A stretch of DNA of 33,026 nt from Acidimicrobiales bacterium (GTDB taxonomy: Bacteria > Actinomycetota > Acidimicrobiia > Acidimicrobiales > RAAP-2): assembly GCA_036511635.1 (NCBI GenBank), contig DATCBX010000025.1, positions 1 through 33,026 of the forward strand, given 5' to 3'. Made by a program: the position numbers and the translations under genes. Shown piece by piece: positions 1 through 8,609 of this stretch; position 1 is the stretch's first letter, and each line of letters opens with the position of its first letter. The notes under the pieces were generated by a model. The model saw only the letters and a list, made by a program, of their open reading frames with translations. It ran no database searches and was not told the origin of the DNA.

Positions 1-122
1 CAGAAGTCGCCTATTGGGGCCGTTGCCCAAAGTGTCAAGCCGAGGGCCGCATGCCCACTCGTCTCGATCCGTCAACAGATCGACGCCAAAGTCAGCGCAA
101 CGTTGTAACGCAAAAGCCGTAA
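1..122 (+). CDS. furA: Fur-family regulator FurA, C-terminal fragment (5' end outside window)
   Basis: Not in the ORF track. The frame from position 3 reads EVAYWGRCPKCQ...QKP* (TAA 120-122). EVxYWGxCPxC is the actinobacterial FurA C-terminal motif, and furA-katG is the canonical gene order. Confidence 0.88.
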   Translation, partial: EVAYWGRCPKCQAEGRMPTRLDPSTDRRQSQRNVVTQKP

Positions 123-2387
<2,265 letters not shown>

Positions 2388-2407
2388 TAGCGAGGTACGT
2401 CTCGCTA
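2388..2407. terminator. Hairpin between convergent katG and hemG
   Basis: TAGCGAG-gtacgt-CTCGCTA, a 7-bp perfect stem directly after the katG stop; no U-tract. Confidence 0.5.
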
Positions 2408-2424
2408 GTACGGCATCGTTGATG

Positions 2425-3873
2425 TTACGTCGAGGCCTTGATCGTCTCAAGTAGCGCGTGCGCCGCGCTGCGTCCAGAACCAATGCTGGCCGGAATGCCT
2501 ACACCGTCGTAGGCGTTGCCGGCTAACGCAACGGAGATGCGCGCACTCGCCGCACGGGCTCGTTGCACGCGTTCTTTGTGGCCAACCCGGTACTGCGGCA
2601 GTGCGTTGGGCCAACGTTGCACGTGCGACTCGACGTGCGCGCCGAATCGTGTCAGCAAATAGTTGAGTTCACGACGAACGCGCTGCACTAACTCTTCGTC
2701 GGTCATCTCCACCCAGCGCGCGTCGTCGCTTCGTCCAACATGCGCTCGCAGCACCACGTCGCTGTCGCGCGCGAGGTGAGGCCACTTTCGATCCAACAGC
2801 GTGACGGCCGTCACCATCAATGAGCCTTCGCCACCCCACGCGCTACCAAGCGGCACAAGAATGCCAGTGCCACTCGCGGGCATCGAAATCTCACTCTTTT
2901 CCAGTGCGAAGGTGACCATGGCGGCACCGGCGCTCTCGATCTGGCGTAGCTCTTCGAGAGAAGGATCGTGTGAGCCAAGGAGTGCGCTAACGATGGGAGC
3001 CGAGGTCGCAAGGACGATGGCGTTCGCGGGCGTCGTAGTGTTAAGGGTGTCGACTTCCCAGGGGTAGTTGCCGGCGGGCGTTCTGCGAAGTGCGGTGACA
3101 CCAACGCCGTGTCGAAGCACGACACCTCGCTCGGCTAACTGACGAACAAGTTCACGCGGTAGTGAACCAACACCATCGACGAGCGTGAAAAACGTTGGAC
3201 CACCCGACGTCGTTTCAACCTTCGGACCAGGAGTGACGGTAGTAGGCGATCGAAGCGCCTTCATGAGTGAGCCGCCCTTTTGCGCGGCGTCCATTAAAGC
3301 TGGAAAAACCGACGTCGCCGAGAGCTCGTCGATTCTGCCAGCCTGGATGCCGCCGATCATTGGTTCAATGAACTGATAACTCAGTTCGCGTCCGAGCTTC
3401 CTACGCACGACCTCGCCAATGGTCGCGTCGTCTTTAAGCTGCAGTCGCGTGGGCGCGAGAAGGTCACGTCGTGCCGCGAGGCGACCTCGCCAAGAGATCC
3501 CCTTGAATCGCAACAGTGCTTTTAGATCGGTGGGCACACCAAGGACGAGACCCGCCGGCAACTCGTGCAAGGCACCTCGCGACCACAGCCAAGCGCCACT
3601 CGCGTTGATGGCTTCGAGATGACCGCGCAGACCGAGTTCGTCAACCAGTGTCACTGCTTCGGGGCGACGCGCGAGAAAACCATCAGCGCCAAGATCGATG
3701 GTGCGTCCAGCGAACGTCGCGGTCTGGAGTGAGCCACCGAAAGTATCGCTGGCTTCGATGACCTCAATGCGTGGCGTCAACTCGTTGGGACCTTCAGCGC
3801 CACCACTGAGTTCCCACGCGGCCGCCAGTCCGCTCACGCCGCCGCCCACCACGACGACCGAGGCGCGGCTCAC
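2425..3873 (-). CDS. hemG: Coproporphyrinogen/protoporphyrinogen oxidase (HemY/CgoX type)
   Basis: VVVVGGGVSGLAAA FAD motif, DLGADGFLARRPE, RWPNALPQYRVGH and GNAYDGVGIPA; cotranscribed with hemE and hemH. Confidence 0.93.
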   Translation of the reverse strand: MSRASVVVVGGGVSGLAAAWELSGGAEGPNELTPRIEVIEASDTFGGSLQTATFAGRTIDLGADGFLARRPEAVTLVDELGLRGHLEAINASGAWLWSRGALHELPAGLVLGVPTDLKALLRFKGISWRGRLAARRDLLAPTRLQLKDDATIGEVVRRKLGRELSYQFIEPMIGGIQAGRIDELSATSVFPALMDAAQKGGSLMKALRSPTTVTPGPKVETTSGGPTFFTLVDGVGSLPRELVRQLAERGVVLRHGVGVTALRRTPAGNYPWEVDTLNTTTPANAIVLATSAPIVSALLGSHDPSLEELRQIESAGAAMVTFALEKSEISMPASGTGILVPLGSAWGGEGSLMVTAVTLLDRKWPHLARDSDVVLRAHVGRSDDARWVEMTDEELVQRVRRELNYLLTRFGAHVESHVQRWPNALPQYRVGHKERVQRARAASARISVALAGNAYDGVGIPASIGSGRSAAHALLETIKAST

Positions 3874-4782
3874 TTACGACGCCGCACTTCGAACGGCGTT
3901 GGCGAGCAGTGCGGTAAAGATCGGATCGTCGTTCAGGGAATCCGTGCGAACCAAATTGAGACCAATATCGTGGGCCACACTCTGCGCTTCAATGTCGATG
4001 TCAAAGACGACCTCGAGGTGATCAGAGACGAAACCAATAGGACAGGACACCACGTCGGTAATGCCACGCTCGCGCTTTTCTCGAAGCGCCACCAAGATGT
4101 CGGGACCGAGCCAGGGATCGGCGGTGCGACCAGCGGACTGCCAGACCACGTCGAAGTTCGCGATGCCCGCGAGGGACGCGGCGATCTCGGCACTTTCTCT
4201 TAACTGATCGGCGTACGTGTCACCGTTCTCGAGCACCTTAAGGGGCAGGGAGTGCGCGCTAAAGAGCACTTCGGTGGAGTCGTGGCGCGACGAGGGAATG
4301 GTCGCGAGCGCGTCGTTGACGCGTTGGGCAATGAGTTCGAGAAATCCTGTCGTTTTGTACCAAGCGTCGATTGCGACGAAGTCAACACTGTCGCCGAGCG
4401 CTGCCGTGGCTCGGCCCATGTACTGACCAGTTGAGAGTGACGACGAATGCGGAGCGAGCACGAGCCCGACGACCCTCTCGATACCGTCGCGCACAAAGGA
4501 CTCGGCGGCCTCTTCCAAAAGAGGTGGTTCAAACTTCGATCCGTAGCGAACGTCATACTGACCTGGCGCTTCGCGCTCGAGCGCGCCGGCAATGCCCGCG
4601 ACTTGGGCGGCGGTGCGCTCGGTGAGCGGCGACGTGCCGCCAATGGCTACGTAGCGACGCGTGAGATCGGCCAGAAGTTCAGGCGTCGGAGGAGAACCCC
4701 GACGGATCCTCGTGTAGAACGGCTCGATGCCCTCTGGCGATGACGGCGTGCCGTGCGCCATGACGAGCACGCCGATTTTCAC
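3874..4782 (-). CDS. hemH: Coproporphyrin ferrochelatase (CpfC)
   Basis: GVLVMAHGTP, IGGTSPL, FSAHSLP, WQSAG..DPWLGP and GFVSDHLEV..DID.E; the start overlaps the hemE stop (GTGA). Confidence 0.95.
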   Translation of the reverse strand: MKIGVLVMAHGTPSSPEGIEPFYTRIRRGSPPTPELLADLTRRYVAIGGTSPLTERTAAQVAGIAGALEREAPGQYDVRYGSKFEPPLLEEAAESFVRDGIERVVGLVLAPHSSSLSTGQYMGRATAALGDSVDFVAIDAWYKTTGFLELIAQRVNDALATIPSSRHDSTEVLFSAHSLPLKVLENGDTYADQLRESAEIAASLAGIANFDVVWQSAGRTADPWLGPDILVALREKRERGITDVVSCPIGFVSDHLEVVFDIDIEAQSVAHDIGLNLVRTDSLNDDPIFTALLANAVRSAAS

Positions 4783-5816
4783 GCGACGCCGGCCCTTCCT
4801 TCGTCGTGCACCACGCGTACGACCGCTTCGAGCACGCTCGGATCGGTCGAGGGTAGCACGCCGTGTCCGAGGTTGAAGATGTGGCCGGCTTCATTGCCGG
4901 CTTTGGCAATAACTTCGCGCGCCGCATCGACGGCGAGTTCTTTGGTGGCCAGACAGCGCGCGGGATCCAAATTTCCCTGGACGGGCTTGTTGCCAACACG
5001 CCGGCGACCTTCGTCTAGGTCCACGTGCCAGTCAATGCCAACGACCGTGCTGTTCGCGCTACTCATGAGGCCAAGCAGTTCGCCCGTGCCGACGCCAAAG
5101 AGAATGGTTGGCACGTCCAAGTCCGCGACACCTTCAAGCACGCGTTTCGTCGAGGGCAGTGCGAAGCGTTCGTACTCACTTCGCGTGAGTGATCCCGCCC
5201 ACGAGTCGAAGAGCTGAACGGCGCGCGCGCCGTGCTCTATTTGTGCACGAAGGAAGGTGATGGTGATGTCGGCGAGACGATCGAGGAGTTGATCAAAGAG
5301 CGCGGGCTTTTCGTGCATCATTGTCTTGATGACGGCGAACTCGCGCGTGGGTGCGCCTTCGACGAGGTAGCTCGCGACGGTAAAAGGCGCTCCGGCGAAT
5401 CCAATGAGTGGGGTGTTGGTTTCCTTTAGTTGTTCAACGACGAGATCGACGGTTGTCGTGACGTGCGCGATGTCGTCTTTAGTGAGGCTGCGAAGTCGCT
5501 CGAGGTCGGAGGCGCTCGTAAAGGGCTTGGCGATAACTGGACCACGACCAGGCACGACGTCGACGCCAAAACCAATGGCGTGATAGGGCACCACGATGTC
5601 AGAGAAGAGAATCGCCGCGTCGACGCCGTAGCGAGTGACGGGCTGCATCGTGACCTCAGCCGCCAGGGCGGGGTCGGCGATGGCGTCGAGGATTGAACCG
5701 GTGGAGCGAAGGGCGCGGTACTCGGGCAGTGAGCGGCCGGCCTGACGCATAAACCACACCGGTACGTGTTCTACGGACTCACCACGACAGGCCCGCAGGA
5801 AAACTGGCTCTTTCAC
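4779..5816 (-). CDS. hemE: Uroporphyrinogen decarboxylase
   Basis: PVWFMRQAGRSLPEY, AAILFSDI, LIGFAGAPFTVASY, QLFDSWAG, QGNLDP and IFNLGHG; RBS AAGGAG before the GTG start. Confidence 0.97.
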   Translation of the reverse strand: MKEPVFLRACRGESVEHVPVWFMRQAGRSLPEYRALRSTGSILDAIADPALAAEVTMQPVTRYGVDAAILFSDIVVPYHAIGFGVDVVPGRGPVIAKPFTSASDLERLRSLTKDDIAHVTTTVDLVVEQLKETNTPLIGFAGAPFTVASYLVEGAPTREFAVIKTMMHEKPALFDQLLDRLADITITFLRAQIEHGARAVQLFDSWAGSLTRSEYERFALPSTKRVLEGVADLDVPTILFGVGTGELLGLMSSANSTVVGIDWHVDLDEGRRRVGNKPVQGNLDPARCLATKELAVDAAREVIAKAGNEAGHIFNLGHGVLPSTDPSVLEAVVRVVHDEGRAGVA

Positions 5817-5849
5817 GACGCTCCTTTTGCTGTATCCAATCTACGTCAG

Positions 5850-6062
5850 CGTCTCAAAGCGTGTGTCCTAATTGGACCCACCGGTTTACCTTGACCAACT
5901 GAACCAAGTGGCTCAGTGATGCTTGTTCACCGTCCGACTTCCCCAACGATGATCCGTCTTGGTCCTCGGTTCCGACCCAATGCCCTTATCACGGTGTCGT
6001 GATAGTTGTGCGGGTGACGATCGGCTCTTCCCGCGTACTTGGCGGTGCTGATCCTTAAGTGA
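5850..6062 (-). ncRNA. Candidate TnpB omegaRNA (reRNA) scaffold / element right end
   Basis: Noncoding stretch directly 3' of tnpB with several hairpins (+ coordinates): 6031-6045, 5987-6004 (7-bp perfect), 5898-5917 (8-9 bp with one G.U) and 5865-5877. Boundaries are approximate. Confidence 0.6.
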
Positions 6063-7460
6063 TCAAGTTGTAGAAAGAAGCAGAGCGCGCGTTGTCTCCG
6101 TTGGAGTGTCCACTGGTTGCTCCTTGGGTTGCCAACGGGCCAGGTTGATGGCTGCGTTGAGATCGCGGTCAATGGCCAGACCACAGACGTCGCAGGAGTA
6201 AATCCGCTGCGACAGGTTCAGTTCAGATTTGATCTCACCACAACCAGAGCAGGTCTTGGACGACGGGAAGAACCGGTCGACCATTCGCACCTCGACGCCG
6301 TGCCACCTGGCCTTGTAGAGGATCTGGCGGGACAGTTCGCCCATCGCGGCGTCCGAAATGGACTTTGCGAGGTGTCGGTTCCTGACCATGCTCGCGACGT
6401 TGAGATCTTCGACTGCCAGTATTTGAGCTCTGGTCACGAGAGCCTTCGATGCCTCATGGACCAGATGTCGTCGGGTATTGGCGACCTTTCGATGAGTCTT
6501 CGCGAGTCGGCCGCGTGCTCGCTGACGACCTTTGGACCCTGGTGTGGTTCTGGCCAGGGCCTGGTTGGCCGCCTTGAGCGTGGCTTGCGCTTCTCTTAAT
6601 GTTTTCACCCCCTCGAAGTCCTCGAAGAGGGTGCCGTTCGCGTCCGCTGCGACGCAGAGAAAAGTAATCCCCCGGTCGACCCCCACGGGAACAGTGTGAC
6701 GTGTGCTGCGGCTTCGCTCGGCCTGGTGCAGTTCGGCCGCGACGCCCGTCAGCGAGACCGTCCAGCGTCCCGCGCGTTGGGTCAATGTCGCGGAGTAGAT
6801 GTGGAACCGTCCAGCGTCGATCATGCGCCGAACCTTGCGCGTTGGCCCGAAGAGTTTGACCGGTCCAAGCTTGGGCAGTCGAAGGTGCCTGGCGTCGCTG
6901 AATCGGATTGGATGTTTCGATGGCGCATTCTCTGGTGTGGCGCGATTGCGCAAACGAAAGCTCGGCGTCACCTTTCCCTTTGCCTGAAAACGGGGGAAGC
7001 CAACGGGCGGACCACTTCGCTTGCCATTCCTTGATGCGGAGAAATTCTCAAGCGCGTGTGCTGTGTCTACGCTGGCGCACTCGAAGACGTCACCGGGCAA
7101 CTCGTGACGCCACGACAGACCTCGGCTGCCGTCGTTGTTGATCGGCGAGTCTTCGGCCAGACCATTTTTCCAGGCGTTGAATTCGTTGATGAAGGAGAAC
7201 CCCGACCACGAGAGCGAGGGAGTGAGTAGTTCGAACGGCCCCCCGAGGTCCGAGAATGCCTCACGCTCAGTCGACCGGGCACTCAAGTTGGCGTTCACTC
7301 GAGCCAAATGGTGATTCATCGTGAAGCGGCGAGCGCCAGCGCACTTGGCGAGCAGTTTCCGCTGTTCGACGTTGGGATCAAGGGCGAACTGGAACGTGAC
7401 CGCGCGCGAGAGCACCTGACCGCTATGGGAGATCGGCGCAGCAGCTGTCGTCGTGGTCAT
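6063..7460 (-). CDS. tnpB: RNA-guided endonuclease TnpB (IS200/IS605/IS607 superfamily, IS607-like)
   Basis: N-terminal FQFALDPN..Q..LL..CAGARRF, GFPRF, RuvC-I VGVDRG, RuvC-II AVEDLNV, Zn ribbon SSKTCSGC...CDVC and RuvC-III DRDLNAAINL. The ATG at 7460 is preferred over the GTG at 7475. Confidence 0.95.
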   Translation of the reverse strand: MTTTTAAAPISHSGQVLSRAVTFQFALDPNVEQRKLLAKCAGARRFTMNHHLARVNANLSARSTEREAFSDLGGPFELLTPSLSWSGFSFINEFNAWKNGLAEDSPINNDGSRGLSWRHELPGDVFECASVDTAHALENFSASRNGKRSGPPVGFPRFQAKGKVTPSFRLRNRATPENAPSKHPIRFSDARHLRLPKLGPVKLFGPTRKVRRMIDAGRFHIYSATLTQRAGRWTVSLTGVAAELHQAERSRSTRHTVPVGVDRGITFLCVAADANGTLFEDFEGVKTLREAQATLKAANQALARTTPGSKGRQRARGRLAKTHRKVANTRRHLVHEASKALVTRAQILAVEDLNVASMVRNRHLAKSISDAAMGELSRQILYKARWHGVEVRMVDRFFPSSKTCSGCGEIKSELNLSQRIYSCDVCGLAIDRDLNAAINLARWQPKEQPVDTPTETTRALLLSTT

Positions 7461-7535
7461 GAAACTGATTCTCACTGAGGGCTGTCACATGGCACTTATT
7501 GACGTCCCCGACGGAATTGAGTCGTACCGGGCCGG

Positions 7536-8282
7536 TCAGTGCCTCGGCAATCGCGGTGCACGGCGGAATGCTCCTTCAACTAGGACGGGCACGACGTCGC
7601 TGACGCCGTAATCGGACGCGTACACAACATCGTCGCGACAACCACGCTCAATTAACTCGCGCCCTGACACGCACGAAAGTATCGCGTCGGCGATTGAATC
7701 TTTGGCGTCTCGCCACGCGGCGACCGCCGACGCGGCCTCTGGCGATAAGTCCCCACCTAAATTCGACAGCACCGCGCCGGCACCCAAGAGATCCTCGAGT
7801 GAGGGTCGCAAGGTCCCGTCCGGCCAACGCTCCCCACACGCCAGCACCGTCACGGGCAAAGAGGTGGCCGCGACATACTCGGCCACCGCAGGCGCGTTGC
7901 GCAGACACGCCGCCACAACGACGGCTCCGTTCTCGGCGGCGAGCACCGAACAGTTTGAGCCGTTGGGTGAGGGCAGGACCACGGCGTCGAGCGTCGCCTC
8001 GTTCAACAGAGCCGTTGGGGAGAGCGATGCACCAGCGGCATCGGGGCTGTCAGAAAGCTGCGCACCGAGTGAATCGGCGAAGAAACGTGCCGATTCGTCT
8101 TTCCATCGATACGGATACACGATTCCCCCGCGGCTGACTACGGCTTCAACAGCGGTCGAAAAGCGAAGCACGTCGACAACCACAACAATCGAACTTGTTG
8201 AAGCCATCAGATCAGAGCCCGACGGGCCCCACTCAAAGCGACGGAAGTAGTCACCCTGCGTTGACCATGTCGAGTGGCTCAT
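7536..8282 (-). CDS. 2-phosphosulfolactate phosphatase (ComB) family protein
   Basis: VVVVDVLRFSTAV, SLSP, VLPSPNGS, ACLRNA and ACGERWPDGTLRPSLEDLLGAGAV are ComB-family motifs; substrate unknown. Confidence 0.85.
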   Translation of the reverse strand: MSHSTWSTQGDYFRRFEWGPSGSDLMASTSSIVVVVDVLRFSTAVEAVVSRGGIVYPYRWKDESARFFADSLGAQLSDSPDAAGASLSPTALLNEATLDAVVLPSPNGSNCSVLAAENGAVVVAACLRNAPAVAEYVAATSLPVTVLACGERWPDGTLRPSLEDLLGAGAVLSNLGGDLSPEAASAVAAWRDAKDSIADAILSCVSGRELIERGCRDDVVYASDYGVSDVVPVLVEGAFRRAPRLPRH

Positions 8283-8359
8283 TGTCTCAGTCTCCCATGA
8301 CGTCGTCGCAACAAGGGAGGAAAGACGGACTCACCACACCGCGTCACGGACAATCCCAC

Positions 8360-8526
8360 GACGATGAGTCGAAGTTCATCACCGTGTTTCGGTCCTCGTT
8401 TGGAGGGAACCACCATCAGAGGCTCCAACAGCTTCCGCCGGGCATCGGTCAGATCACTCGAATAAGCCACGGCATTATGGAGCCCGTCACCACTCTTGGC
8501 GCACTCGCAAAATAGAATGCAGCCTC
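8360..8526 (-). pseudogene. IS5-family (DUF4096-type) transposase 5' remnant with probable left inverted repeat
   Basis: MAYSSDLTDARRKLLEPL...KRGPKHGDELRLIV matches the IS5 Y(P/S)SDLTDAQW.LLEPL start, after which similarity is lost. The minus strand reads TGA|GAGGCTGCATTC at 8529-8515, resembling an IS1031-group end. Confidence 0.7.
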
Positions 8527-8609
8527 TCAGATTGTGGTCTTGGTTGAATGCGTGGCGATTCGCCTAGACTTGAATCTTCCCTATTTTGGGAACAGGGGAG
8601 AGGTCGTTA

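Larger units (their letters stand above)
5850..7500 (-). mobile_element. Non-autonomous tnpB-only element (no tnpA); ends not precisely definable
   Basis: tnpB plus a structured 3' region. Only ~75 bp separate the tnpB start from the upstream gene stop, leaving no room for a Y1 or serine transposase. Confidence 0.55.

Noticed and set aside
5927-6184. 85-aa ORF across the tnpB 3' end
   Set aside because: It overlaps tnpB and the structured RNA region and has no recognisable features.
6063-7460. Nuclease-dead TldR repressor, or Cas12f with a CRISPR array
   Set aside because: The D-E-D triad is intact, and there is no repeat-spacer array or cas gene nearby.
8279-8470. Intact 63-aa gene
   Set aside because: Only the first ~37 codons resemble an IS5 transposase; the rest is read-through.
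8530-8609. Rifamycin-associated element (helR resistance locus)
   Set aside because: No RAE-like 19-bp inverted repeat is visible, so a resistance function cannot be claimed.
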